A stretch of DNA of 64,000 nt, from the NCBI GenBank assembly GCA_964016885.1, contig OZ024741.1, positions 292,950,001 to 293,014,000 on the forward strand, in the 5' to 3' direction. Source of the stretch: Eledone cirrhosa (Eukaryota). A program made the translations under genes and the position numbers. A model generated the notes under the pieces. The model was not told the origin of the DNA. It was given only the letters and a program-made list of their open reading frames with translations, and did not search any database. Shown here piece after piece: positions 1 through 13,294 of this stretch (positions within the stretch are counted from its first letter, which is position 1; every line of letters begins with the position of its first letter).

Positions 1-1420
1 TAAAATATATGGAACTCCTTTAACCATCTTTTGATCTTATATTATGCATACTCCAGTCCCACAAACTGTAGAGTGCTTCTTATCCGATATCTGCATTGCT
101 TTATTGTACTACAATAAAACTCACCTCCTACATTATATATATACATCCCCTCTTTCTCTGAAAGCATTCAACTGAGGTCCAGCCTGGCGAGGATTTAGCA
201 CTATCAAGTTTAAACATTACGACACAACCGGGAGTTCCAGGTTCATGAATTATATAAATTTAGTAAGGATCAAATTGATTACAATAGTTATTTATTAATA
301 TTAATTATAGAATGATAATTGTCTTTCATTTGCTTCATATTCAAATGTGTCAGTTTATTTGAAAAAAAAAACCCAACTTGATTACAAGTATTATCTTCTT
401 TAATATGTATATGTAAATGAGACCATTATTGCTCCAATCAATCCTCAGAACACTGTAAACTGACTGCCAAATCACATTTATAACTCCTGTTAAACCAACC
501 CACAACTGACCCTCAAATTCAGCAAACCAAACGTGGACTGCCAAACCAAACGTGAGCTACCCACTTTCCAAATTCAGCAAACCGAACAGGATCGCAACAT
601 CCCATTCAATTTTGTTGCAATTTTGTTATTATTTCATGTGAATTTTTTTTGTTTTCTTCTCTCAATTTAAGATTTATAACAGTTTGAAAAATATACACAT
701 CAGCATAAATATTAATCTCTGAGATTTAACTCTGAAACCACCCCTGAAACCACCCCTGGATCTACAGTATGAAACTGTTAGTTTTAAAGAGTTTATATTT
801 ATTCAAAAGCCTTCTATCATATTTTTATGTAAGAATCTTTATTAAGTTCCACACACCAGCATAACAATGAAAAAATTATAAAACTAAATTTCTCCAAAGT
901 CTTCATTATTTTTCAAAAATTAATTAATTGTAGGCAGTATCATAAGAAATAAATTAAATATTTGATACCCATTGCAAATGCCACATAGCAATGTTTGTAT
1001 AGATTTCCAGCCATGTAAACAACTGGTACAGTTTTAATTTATAGCCAAAGCCACTTCACCTTTCTTGTCATTCTGATGTTTTTGAGGAGGGAAAAATAGC
1101 ACAAATGTTTGCATTCTCTTATTTTCCTCCTCTGCTCAAAAAGTCGTTGTGTGCCAATTTAAAAATAATCCGATATTTCTCATATCACCAATGATTATTC
1201 TTATCATTATCATCACCACCAACATCATTATCATCATCATCATCATCATCATCAAAGTCATTTAGTTTGTTAGGGGAAGTTCTTATATTCAATTATAAGG
1301 TGTTAAGCACTATCAAGGCATTCCTTTAATTCTATTGGAAAGAATATAAGTTTTGTTTTTGTATTTAGTTCCAAATTTCATTTATATGTAAATTCACATT
1401 GAAAGAAAGAACATAAAAGA

Positions 1421-1437
1421 TGCTGCTGCTGCTGCTG

Positions 1438-1507
<70 letters not shown>

Positions 1508-1516
1508 AACTACTAC
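1421..1516. repeat. (CTG)n/(CTA)n microsatellite
   Basis: Direct reading: tgctgctgc... grading into long (cta)n. Confidence 0.95.
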
Positions 1517-1534
1517 CAAGAAGAAGAAGAAGAA

Positions 1535-3310
1535 AAATGTGTTCCATCAAAAAAGAAGTGCAGGAATTTGGAGTAAAATTTGGGCAGAAGTAAAAAATCC
1601 ACAATGAAAATGCCCTTGGATTGATAGATTATCTACTGACTCATCCCCCTTAGGAGAACAAAAGTGGGAGAATATGAAGGTACACAATGTAAGATCTGCT
1701 CTCAGAAAATAGGGCAAATGGAAATTTCCAAGAAAAGATAAAATTCCTGATTTTTGGTTGAATGCTTTTTCAGAAAACCATAAACTGCCAACTAGAATCT
1801 ATAACAATATTATACTGTAACCTGATAGATACCTTCTTGGCTAGTTAATGTTGTTACATTCTTGCTTCTGAAAAATGAAGAAACAAATGAACCTAAAAAC
1901 TACAGACCTATAACCGGCTTAACTATGTATAGGATATTAACATCTGTTTTCAATGAATATATGTATAACTTCTTAACAGGAAATCAAATCTGCTCCAAGA
2001 GTAAAAAAGACTGTAAACATGGGTCCTGTGGTTGTAAAGATTAGCTTCTCATCAATGAGATGAGATGATTTTGGAAGATTGTCTCAACCAGTGCAAAATC
2101 TTATCAATAACGTGGATAGAATATAATAAAAACCTTTTGACAGTCTGTCACAAAGTTAGATTGAGAATTGCTTAGAAATGTATAAAATATTACCTATTTT
2201 AAGAAACTTTCTATCTGTTAGATCATGGAAAATTACACAGATTTTGGACAATGAGAAAAAATATCTCTGAGTGCTGGAGATATTGATATCCTATGTGGTA
2301 TTTTTTTAGGGTGATTCTCTATCATCACCCCTGTTTTTTTCTAGCTTTGATACCTCTATCTAGATTACTTAGGAAAATAAAATACAGCTATAAAATTTAT
2401 GAGAAAACAATAGGTCACCCTTTTTACACGGTTGATTTATAACTCTTCACAAAAATGACCAGCTGCTAGAAGGCTTACTTTCAGCTGTAACAAAGTTTAG
2501 TGTTGACATTACGATGGAATTTGGCCATGATAAATGTGCAAAACCTACCTTCATCAGAAAGAACCTGTCAAAAACATTCATAGTTTAACTTGATCAACAA
2601 ACTGCCATAAATGATTTAAGACCAAAGAATGGTTACACATAATAGGGTGTATATGAAGGGGATGGAACTAAACTCTAAACGATGGGGGTAATGATTAGAA
2701 AAGAATGCAATCACAGAATAAGGGCAATACTCAAGACAGATCTAAACACGAGAAACAGGATTTTCACTGAAAATTGCTAAACTCTTATCTGAAAAATTCA
2801 TAACAAGAGGTAACATATTTAAATGAATTCCAAATATAAGAAGTCCCAGAATTAGATGAACTAAGAAACTAAGATCAAGGACAGAAAAAGCTAAACATCT
2901 GAAAACACCCTTACTAAAAATGCAGCCATAAATAATCTTACCTGCAAATGGCAAGAAAAAACACTTCATAGTAAGTACTCAGAGAGAGTTTCGATCAGTG
3001 GCCCGTGTCATCTGGCTTAAAATAAGAGGCAGGAGGGTTTATCATAGAAACCTAAGATAATTGCTGACCTACAAGAAGCTATTAAGCCAATACCTTAAAT
3101 AACAAAAGCAGCCAACATGTCTAGTATATAAACAACAACCTAAAACTATCAATCACATTGTCTCTATGCGCAGCCTTCTTGTACCCTCAGAGTACCTCAC
3201 TGGGTAATTTGCAAGGACCTGGACCCACCCCATCATAAAATCTAGTGGGAACAAAAACCACCCCCAGTGCTTGTAAAAGATTATATCTCACTCCTATAGA
3301 ACTGTTCTAA
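1535..3310 (+). mobile_element. Heavily degraded R4/Dong-like non-LTR retrotransposon (RT region)
   Basis: Peptide remnants PKNYRPITGL and SKKDCKHGSCGCKD align by eye with NYRPITCL and QKGCRKKSRGTKDQLL of the Dong copy at 33980-35077; many stops and frameshifts. Confidence 0.75.
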
Positions 3311-3349
3311 CAATAAAGATATTCATATTTTTACACAAGCATAATAATT

Positions 3350-3990
3350 GTTTCTACTATTGGCACAAGGCCAGCAATTAACCAGTACATTACTGGTACT
3401 TTATTTTATCGACCCCGTAAGGATGAAAGGCAAAGTTAACCTCGGCGGGATTTGAACTCAGAATGGCAAGGGATGTAACTCTATGCGTCAAAGTAAGGCA
3501 TCCGACCCTCTACCGATACTGCCAATTCACCCAATTCACACAAGCATAAATAATGATATTTCTAATCATAATGGTTTCTAATTTAGGCACAAGGCCAACA
3601 ATTTTGGAGGAGGGGAAAGTTGATTAAATCAACGCTAGTGCTCAGTGCATTACTAATACTTTATTTTATCAACCCTGTAATTATGAAAGGCAAAGTTAAC
3701 CTTAGTGGGATTTTAATTCAGAACGTAAAGGGACGTAGCTATATGCCACAAAACATATTGCTTGATGCTCTACTGATACTGCCAATCTATCACCCTTTTA
3801 ATAAAAATAAAAATAATGATAATTATTTTTACCAAAGCCAGTAATTTAGGGGATGAGGAAAGTTGATTATATCAACCCCAGTACTTAACTGGTACTTTAT
3901 TTTATTGACCCTGGAAGGATTAATGGAAAAGTAGACTTTATTCAGGATTTGAATCCCACAAACCAAATGCCAGAACAAATACCACAAGAC
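3350..3990 (-). mobile_element. Cluster of three decayed tRNA-derived SINE copies (Meta/MESC-like central domain)
   Basis: Three recurrences of tactttattttatcgacccc..gatgaaaggcaaagttaacc..ggatttgaactc, the reverse complement of the SINE at 5933-6166. Confidence 0.7.
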
Positions 3991-4749
3991 ATTTTATCAA
4001 AGACTCAAAAACAATTTCTTTTATTGGCCTTAAGGGTTGAATCAAGTGGGAACAGAAGAATACAAAAGCTAAATCTATAGGAAAATAACAAGCAAGAAAT
4101 AGTGGGGAGGGCAGAGTTACATTAGAAAAAGGATGAGATCAATAATAAATAAATAACTTCAAATTCATGATAGCGGGTGGGGGTGATATAGTCGATAATA
4201 TCGACCCCCTACTACTTGACTGTTTCTTTATTTTATCGACCCCCAATACTCATGATAATGACGACAATGAAGATGATGATGATAACAAACTCTAACTTGA
4301 AAATTTGTGAATGAAGAATTAAATCAATGCCAAATACATATTAAAAAAAAAAAGATGTTTTTATTTTTGCAGAAATCTGCCAAAGAGCCATAATCAGAAT
4401 AATGAACTAAAAGCATGTTTTTTTTGTTGTTGTTGTTTTTTTCTGTTTCTTTTTATAATGAAATACCATTTAGTCTTTAAATAATTTTTCTTTTGTTTGC
4501 TTTCTTTATAGTTCAACACTGGTTCACTTTGAACCGCCTACATCTAGCAAATATGGCATGCACTTTCATTTATGTATTTCTTTATCATTCTAATCATCAT
4601 CATCATCATCATCATCATTATTCATATTCAATTGCACAGTGATGATCTTATTAACACTGGATCTATTATTATTTATTTTTACTCAGTGTTGATGTTAACT
4701 ACTGGTATTATTCTTTCAGAGCTTAAGATAATAAAATTTGCTTTCTGCT

Positions 4750-5690
4750 CTTTTAGTTGGTGTCCATCACTTTTCTGATTATTCTGGCAGTGCCAAGTAG
4801 GCATGCTTGTTGCACAGGCTCTATACTAAGATCAAATCCAATTTGTTGTAAACGTTTAGAAAGATTATGTTACACATTTTATATTGCTCTTATAATTATC
4901 GGTACCAGGACTATGTTATCTACTTCACCCTTCCATACTTTTAACCTTTTATACTTATCCTTTATTTGTGTGTCAAAAGGGCAGACTACTTCCAAAATAT
5001 AAAACTTTTTTCTATCTTTTAATTATCAACACTATATATGGTTTGTTGTGATTAATCTTTATTTCCATTTATTTTGTAATATCTCATAGAATTTTGACAT
5101 TATCATTTTCTAACACTTGCATCATTTTTGCCACAAAGTGGTCATAACCAATTTTTTTCTACATTTAAAACCAAACTCTTTAGTTGCCAATATATTACTG
5201 CTGCCACTTTATCATGTCTCCATTTTTTAGATTCATTCTGAGCCAGTTGTGAGACAATATTCTGAGACAATTGTCTCATTCACCTTTCCACATGTTCTAC
5301 AAAGTGGTGATGTGACCACCTTATCCACATTGACTTTGATCCAATTTGTCCTTATCACCTAGTCTTAGGCTGTCATAATCAAATCTTCTCTCTCTTTCTT
5401 CTGATATCCTGCTCATAACCCTGCTCACATGTCTTTATCATTTCTAATGTGTTCTTTCCATAAGCTGAATGCAATGATTTTTGCATCAAATCTGACCTTC
5501 CATTCTGTGGCTATTTCAGTTTTCTTTTTCTTTGTATCCTCCTCCCCATCATAGATCCCTTCATTTACAACCTTCTTTAACAACTTTTCTTGATTTTTTT
5601 TGCTTAAGTATTACTCAAATTTACATTCTCATCTGAAACTATCTCCTCGCTCCTGATCAGTCCTTTTTTGCCTTCTGCTCTTCTCATGTA
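4750..5690 (-). mobile_element. Degraded 3' part of R4/Dong-like LINE
   Basis: Minus strand at ~4760-4815 reads VQQACLLGTARIIRKVMDT, matching the C-terminus LQKACLLGTARTLRYVLNI of the Dong copies. Confidence 0.7.
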
Positions 5691-5932
5691 GAATTGATTA
5701 ACATCATTATCATCATTATTTTGTTCCCCCTTAGGATTGATCTTAATTTCTGGTTTAGTCAAGAAAGTGGGCCAATTACAGTAGTCTTAAGTATCATGAT
5801 GTTGTTTCCTTCTTTTCAGTTTATATCCAATATAACATTTCCACTTTCATTATTATTATTAAATAAAGTACCAGTAATGCACTGGGTAATTGCTGGCCTT
5901 GTACTTAAAGTAGAAATAATTATTATTATTAT

Positions 5933-6166
5933 GGCCGGTGAATTGGCAGTATCGGTAGAGGGTTGGACGCCATGCTTTGACACCTGGAGTTATGGCCCTT
6001 GCCATTCTGAGTTCAAATCCCGCCGAGGTTAACTTTGCCTTTCATCCTTACGGGGTCAATAACATAAAGTACCAGTCGCACACTGGGGTCGATTTAATCG
6101 ACTTGCCCCTCCCAAACAATTGCTGGCCTTGTGCCTATATAAGAAATCATTATTATTATTATTATT
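5933..6166 (+). mobile_element. tRNA-derived SINE with Meta/MESC-like domain and (ATT)n tail
   Basis: Pol III A-box-like TGGCAGTATCGG, B-box GAGTTCAAATCC (~6009), central gcctttcatccttacggggtc..aaagtaccag, ATT-repeat tail; related copies elsewhere in window. Confidence 0.75.
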
Positions 6167-6199
6167 GGAGCCCATATAATAACACTTGTGTTCAGTTGA

Positions 6200-6610
6200 G
6201 TATTAGTGGATTAGTAGTGGATTGTATGAGTGACAATGGACTTGGAGAACATCTGGGGATTAATTAGGACAGTCTGATCGGACTCTTCTGGAAGACTTTC
6301 AGGTTGGGGATTTGGAACCATCTCCAAAAATCCTTGGCATGGCAGGGCTACAGAGGGGCAGTACAAGACAAGTTCTATAGGCACAAAAGTGTCAATAGTC
6401 AGACCTATCCAAGATATAAACACAGCAATGAAACCATCCTGCATGCTATTGTCTATGAATTGCCATGTTGTGGGTTTGTATCCAACAACTACTATTATGT
6501 GTAGGAGAGATTAGGCTATCAGCTGTGTCTATAGTGAAGATTGAAACACCATAATCTTTTAGAAGGGAAGAAAACAAGTTTTCTTCTACCTGGTAGCTGT
6601 GGCGATGGAA
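6200..6610 (+). mobile_element. Old fragment of Tx1/L1-clade ORF2 C-terminus
   Basis: LQKSLAWQGYRGA..YPRYKHSNETILHA matches FQKSLAWQCYQGA..CPRCAQSDETVLHA of ORF 27113-27766. Confidence 0.8.
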
Positions 6611-6644
6611 TCTATTTACAACACATATGTAGAATGTCTAAGAT

Positions 6645-7080
6645 GTGAAAACAACAACAACAACAAAAAGCCACAATAACCAAAATAACATTACTTGTAT
6701 GACAAAAATCACTACCCCACCCCACAAAAACAAAACAACTGCTGCATTCAAAGCAACTACAAAAATAACTACCACCAAAACACCAACAATAGCTACAACA
6801 ATAACAAGTACACTGAAAACAAAAAGCAGCGACAACTAACAAAACAACAACTACTGCAACCAAGACAACAACAACAATAAGTACCATGAAAACAACAAAT
6901 ATAACAAGTACAACTAAAGCAATAACTAGTACAATGAAAACAAAAAGCAACAACTATAACAATAGCAAATACAACCAAAATAACAACTATAATAACAATA
7001 ACAACAATAAAAAATACAATGAAAACAAAAACAATAACAATTACAACCACATCAGCAACAACAATCACCATCACTATCAC
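6645..7080. repeat. Degenerate (CAA/AAC)n low-complexity tract
   Basis: Direct reading; generates spurious Thr/Asn/Val-rich ORFs. Confidence 0.85.
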
Positions 7081-7434
7081 CTAAGAGAACATAATTGAAT
7101 CTTAACGGATTTAAAAATCTTTTATTTTTTAGAATATTTTAAGAGGAAGAGGAGAGGGGGAGGGAATTATTTTATTTTTGTTTGATGGTCAGTTTTGTTA
7201 ATTTTTTTTTCTCTCCCCTACCTCATAAAAAAGTCAAGATGAAAGAACATTTTAATTCCATTTTGTCTCCGAGACCATTCTTCTTATTTTTCTGTTTTGT
7301 TTTTCCCAATTTTTTCTCCCATCATTTTTGTGTCTTCTCCCCACCCCACCCGCCACAACACTTCACCTCACCTCAGAATTTTTACAAAAAAATAAATTGT
7401 TGGTACTATTGTTTGTTTCTGCAACAAACCATTA

Positions 7435-8490
7435 TGGATGTATGTGTGCGACAGTGTGTCTGTTTGGATGTGTGTGTGCGTGCATGTGACTGTGTGTGTA
7501 TATGTTACTTTGTAGTTTATGTGTATGTCTATATGTTTATCAGTGTATGTGTAACTTTTGTTTATGTATATGCTTGTGTGTGTATTTTCTTTTGTAGTTT
7601 ATGTCTCTATACATATGTCATGGAATATGTGTGTGTATGTCTATATGTTTATCAGTCTATGTGTGTATGTGTTTGTACAAAGATGTGAGAGAATGCGTGT
7701 GATTTTGATAGTATTTCTCTGTCTTTGTAAGAGTGTATATTTCTGTATGAATGTGTCTGAGCTATTTGTGTGTGTGTGTGTGTATGAGATTGTGTATATG
7801 TGATCAACCAATTTGTGTTTCTCTGTATCAAATTTTGTAAATCTTTCTGTACATGTATATATGTACCAGTATATATATATATGAGAACGTGCCTTTCTGT
7901 GCATATGCTCTGTGTATCAAAGTATGTGTATGAGTGTGTATGACATTCTGTGCATATGTATGTGCTATGCCTGTCAATGTATGCATGTATGTGTTATGTT
8001 GTGTATCGTTCTATACATGTGTGTATGTGCTATGTGTATCAATGATGTGTGTGTGTGTCTTTATGCACATGTGTGAATGTGCTGTAACCCAATGGTGTGT
8101 GTGTTTTGGCATGCATATGTGTGCCAATGTGGTGTTTGAGAGAGTATTTTTCTGTATTGTTGTGTATGTTGTACTACTTTGAGTGTGTGACAATGTATGT
8201 CAATGTATGTTTGGTTGTATCTTTGTGAGCATATGGATATCGATGTGTGCGTAAGAATGTTTATTTCTGTGCATATGTCTTTCTGTGAGTGGGATTTTCT
8301 CTAAATATGTATATGTACTAAGTGTGCTAATATGTATGAATGTGTGAGAATGTACCTTTGTGTATATATGTGCACATACTATGTATGACAATGTGCATGA
8401 TAGTGTCTCTTTCGACACATATGTGTATGTTCTATGTGTGTGAGTATATATCAATGAGTGTGTAAGTGTGTATCAATGAGTATGTGTAGT
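7435..8490. repeat. Degenerate (TG)n/(TATG)n low-complexity tract
   Basis: Direct reading. Confidence 0.85.
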
Positions 8491-9200
8491 TCACTTTACT
8501 AGTTACCAGCTATTTTACTGAATTCTACAAAATGAAGTCAGAGAAACATTGATCAGACTTCCTTCCTCCATTGCAAATTCTATTAGTTTTTATGAAAAGA
8601 TTTTCATTGTTTCAAATATCATAAAATTAGCCATAAGGAACTTCCATTACAATTTTGTATCCTTTTTTTTCTGGTTTCTCCCTTTCTCTCTTGTTTTCTC
8701 TAAAGAACAGCTGCTGCATTGTTTCATAAGATCTGGCAAGAATCTCTTCAGAAACAATATTATTAGTTAATGGCAATGAATATTTCATTCCTTGTTCTCT
8801 CCAAAATGATGGAATTGGTTATATATAACAAAAATTTCCTAAAATATGATAAATTTGTGTGCTGCGAGGACAGGTGTGCATCTTGTGTCTTAAATTTCAG
8901 GCAGGTCAGGAGAGGTGAATTCTGATGTGCTTGTGTGTGTGCAAAGTGGTTGGCATTAGGAAGATAGGAAAGCAATGTAAGGTCTCTCCAGCCCATCTTC
9001 TGTTATAGTCTCAAGCTCCTCAGTGCCCTGCGATTGATATTGTAGATGGATATTGTACAAACTACATTGTGTGCCTGGAAATATATGTGTGTGTGTATGT
9101 GTGCATTTGTTTTCTTTTAAGCATGAAACTAATACAACTTTGTTAATGCATTCTCTTATTTGTTTGTTTCTTGTTTTCTTGATATATATAATATATATAT

Positions 9201-12200
9201 CATCATCATTATCATCATTTTACGTCCGCTTTTCCCTGCTTGCAAGGGAGGGACGGGTCTTATTCAGCACAGCATCTTTCCACTTGTCATGGTCCTTTGT
9301 CATCTCCACCGTGAGCTTCAGCGATCTGAGGTCTGTTCTCACCACCTCCGCCCATGTTTTTCGTGGTCTACCTCTACTACGTCTTCCTTCAACTGGCATT
9401 TCCTGGCACTTCTTCACCCATCGGTCATCCTCCATGTGCATCACATGTCCATACCACCTCAGTCTCCTCTCTCAGACACAGTTTCTCTCTCAACACATTC
9501 ATGCTGGGTCGTTCACGCACATTGACATTGAACATCCAATGGAGCATGCTTGCCTCATTTCTCTCCAGCCGTCGCATATCCTCTGCAGTTGTTGCCCATG
9601 TCTCACTACCATGCAGCATTACGCTCCTCACACAGGCATCATATGACCGGCCTTCATCAGCAGAGGAAGCAGCTCCCTAAACTTCTTCCAACCCGTCCTT
9701 ATTCTAGACACAATGGCCTCGGAACATCCCCTCCCATGCTAATCTGATCTCCTAGATACCGGAAGCTATCCACCACTTTCATAGCACCCACCTGCATTTG
9801 AAAAATGTGTCTATCAATGCGACTTTTACTGTCTAATTTCCCTGTACATCTACTGCATACGTATTTCTCCCTACCTGTTAGTTTGCTTGCTATCCTGCTA
9901 TATCTCTTGTGTACGCAGGATCTGCATTGTGTGCATTTTATAGAATTTATGCCAGTTCCTTTTCTGCATATCGAACATGGCCATTTCCCTGATGGAATCA
10001 GAGTTTTGTCCTCTTTTCTACTCATCAACACTTTGTCTTAGTTAGGTTCACTCTCAGTCCTCTTGCTTCCAACTGCTGTTTCCATAGCCAGAATTTATTC
10101 TCTAGCTCCTCTACTGATTCTGCTATAAGAAACAGATCGTCAGCATAGAGGAGTTCCCATGGACAGCCAGTCTTAAACTCCTCTGTTATGGCTTGTGGGA
10201 CTATAATGAACAAGAGCGGACTGAGGACCGAACCTTGATGTACTCCTACTTGTACCTGGAATTCCTCACTAAACTCTATGCCTTTACTGACAGTACCTCT
10301 GTACAAAGTTTGCACTGTCCTCACAAGCCATTCCTCAGCACCTAGTTTCCTTAGTGACCACCAGATGACAGATTGAGGTACACTATCAAAGGCCTTCTCT
10401 AGGTCAACAAAGGCTAAGTATAGTGGCTTATTTTTCTCTAAGAACCTCTCTTGCAATTGTCTCACCAAGAAGAGGGCATCTGTTGTACTCTTCGCTGACA
10501 CAAAACCAAACTGCATCTCATCTAGTTTGACCTTTTCTCTAATTAGTTGTGCTAAGATCCTTTCTGCCACTTTCATAACCTGATCCATCAGTTTCATACC
10601 CCTATAATTGCTCCTCTCCAGAGGATCCCCTTTACCTTTGTAGCAATTCATGAGAATACTGCTGCACCAGTCTTTGGGTATGACACCACCATATATAGCC
10701 TGATTGATGATGCGTGCAACCAGTTTAGTGCCTATGTCCCCTGATGCCTTCAGCATCTTAGCAACTATCCCCGACGGTTCAGCAGCCTTACCATTTTTCA
10801 TTTCCTTAATCGCCTCTTGGACCTTATATTCGTCAATATCAATAGCTGGTCCCTCTGTCGGATCTACTGAGGGTAATTTCTCTCTCTCCCATTCGCTCTC
10901 CACATTCATCAGTCTCTCATAATGACATTTCCAGGCCCCCTTTTCTGATCATTCGTGATACTAAGTACACCGGCATCATTCCGGACACATTTATCTCCAA
11001 CAACATCCTGATTTGCATTGACACACTGCCTTGCAATGTGGAACACCGCACGCCTCTGATCTTCCCATCGCAGAACATTGGCAAATCTCCTACTCTCAGC
11101 CTCCCTGCGTGCTAAGTACACCTGACGTCTAGCTTCTCTCTTAGCGGCTGTATATCCTTCTCTACTCCCACCCTTTTCCAAGCCTTCCATGCTAGTCTTT
11201 TGTCTCTAATGGCCTTATCTACTGTGCTGTTCCATCACCAGGTCACTCTCTGTCTGGTTGGAGCTCTGCTCCAGCCACAAGTTTCATCAGTAGTCTGCAG
11301 TAAGTTGTCACGTAAGAAATTCCAGTTATTATCTATGTTATACGTCTCCAAATCGTCATCTTTTTCGTCATACACATCTTGAAGGGCTTTCCTAAATTTG
11401 TATTTTAGTGAAAGGTCTTTTAGCTTTCAGACCTTTCTTCTCCACACCTTTCTGTATGTCTCATTCCATCTCTTGCTTACTGTGACATCACTAACGATTA
11501 ACCTATGCTATGGGTTACATTCTTCCCCAGGGTATGCCTTGGTATTTGACACCATCTGCCTGTCTTGCTGCCTAACTAGTAAGAAGTCAATCTGGCCTAT
11601 GTGCTCGCCTGATTTGTAGGTTATTAGGTGGTTGGCAGGTTTCTGGAAGTTAGCATTGCAAGTAGTCAGTGTACTTGCATCACAAAATTCAAGAAGTCTC
11701 ACTCCTTCATTTCTTGAGCCATAACCGTGCCCACCATGTACCCCAGTGTAACCATCTTGCAGCTGTCCAACATAACCATTGAAGTCCCCTGCTAGCATAA
11801 CGATGTCTCCGCCCTCTGTCATTGCGATTGTTTGTAAAAGCTGCTCGTAAAAGTAGTCTTTCTCTTCATTGCCTAAGCCTGCTTGTGGAGCATAGGCAGA
11901 GATGATTGTCAGTAGTCTCCTGCCTACAACTAATCTAAGCTTAATTATTCGATCACTAACTTGAACTACCTCTATTGTCTTATTGATCCATCTCTCAGCC
12001 AGGAAAATGCCTATTCCCCCTAACCCATCATCCTTACCTACCCAGAATAGCTTATAGCTAAGATGTTTGCCTATGACTAGTCTCGCAGAGGCACCTCTCC
12101 ATCTCACCTCTTGCACGCAGCACACATCCACATGCCTTCTCTCCAGCATCTCCACTATTTCACCAGATCTACCTCTGAGAGTGCCAACATTAAGTGTTGC

Positions 12201-12420
12201 AACTCTGAGATGCGACGTCTTCATAATTTGTTGTTCCTACCTTACTTGTTGCTGTGCTGATAAATCGTTTTGGCATTGATACACTGGTTGGATGCCCTTC
12301 CTAACACCAGTGCCACTTTACAGCATGGACTGGGTGCTTTTATTTGTGCCACCAGGACTAGAGAGGATCTCTTACTAGACTCAAGGACCCTCTCTCCCCC
12401 TCCATTTTACAGCATGGTCA
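9201..12420 (-). mobile_element. RTE-clade LINE, near full length, inactivated (copy 1)
   Basis: APE endonuclease (11508-12224: VATLNVGTL, CVQE, AGDFN), RT (DLEKAFD, VHQGSVLSPLLF, YADD in 10025-10909), Cys/His finger, RGRPRKTW C-terminus, (TGA)n tail; 5' end (agcatggtca) coincides with copy 2; frameshifts and internal deletions. Confidence 0.93.
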
Positions 12421-12423
12421 TAA

Positions 12424-12459
<36 letters not shown>

Positions 12460-13132
12460 TGTGTGTGTATATATGCATGTGTGTATGTATATATGTGTGT
12501 GTGTGTGTATACATATATATATTTGGAATTTATTGATGTTGTATTTGCAGGAAAGCAGCACACGTCAATATATCTGAATTTGCGTCAATGATACGTGACA
12601 TAAATTTATTGTTTCAGAGTGGCAATTAATTATTTGATTTTGAAATGACTGTGAACAGAAGCAATCTATTGTGTGTGTGTGTCTGTTTTTTGTGTGTGTG
12701 TTTGTGTGCACGTGTGTGTTCGTTTGTGTGTGTATATTCATACCTGCCTGTGTTTATATCTGTTACTTTTTTGAGATTGCTAGTGCAGGTGGTTATATTT
12801 GTATACATTTTGTGCAATCAGAAATGCGGCTGCTCAGTGGTTAGAGATATGAGGATGTGTAACTAACTTAAAAAGCAAGTGAGAATGGGTGTCAGGAAGG
12901 GCATCCTGCTGCATAATTCTATCTCAAAATATATCATCCAACCCATGCTAGCATAGAAGCATGGACATAAAACTGATGATAATTATGATCAATATTCCTT
13001 GAATTTCTTCCAAACCACCACTAACAATATTTGATGCTTTATGCAAAAGTATCACATATTCAAAGCTACTGAGTAACAATATTTTGATGTACCTAATACC
13101 AATGAAGTTACTGCATGCAGAAACACTTGAGT

Positions 13133-13294
13133 CAGGTTCTTATTTAGACTTTGGTGGCCCAGGGTAGTTCAGGTTTTGGGTGCCTGGAGCAGTTCAGGTT
13201 TGAGGGGACCATTGCTGTTCCTTGTAGGTCCCTGTCTAACAAGGGGTGCCCTCTCCAGCATTTGCCTCTCCACCCCCTGATAAATCCAGCCCTG
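13133..13294. mobile_element. hAT-type MITE
   Basis: Imperfect TIRs CAGGttcttATTTA ... TAAATccagcCCTG with an 8-bp target duplication acttgagt (13125-13132) / acttgagc (13295-13302). Confidence 0.75.

Noticed and set aside
1081-1140. Pre-miRNA-like hairpin
   Set aside because: Short bulged stem formed by low-complexity purine and pyrimidine runs.
12236-12420. HDV-like ribozyme in the RTE 5' UTR
   Set aside because: Known in some RTE elements, but I could not trace the nested double pseudoknot by eye here.
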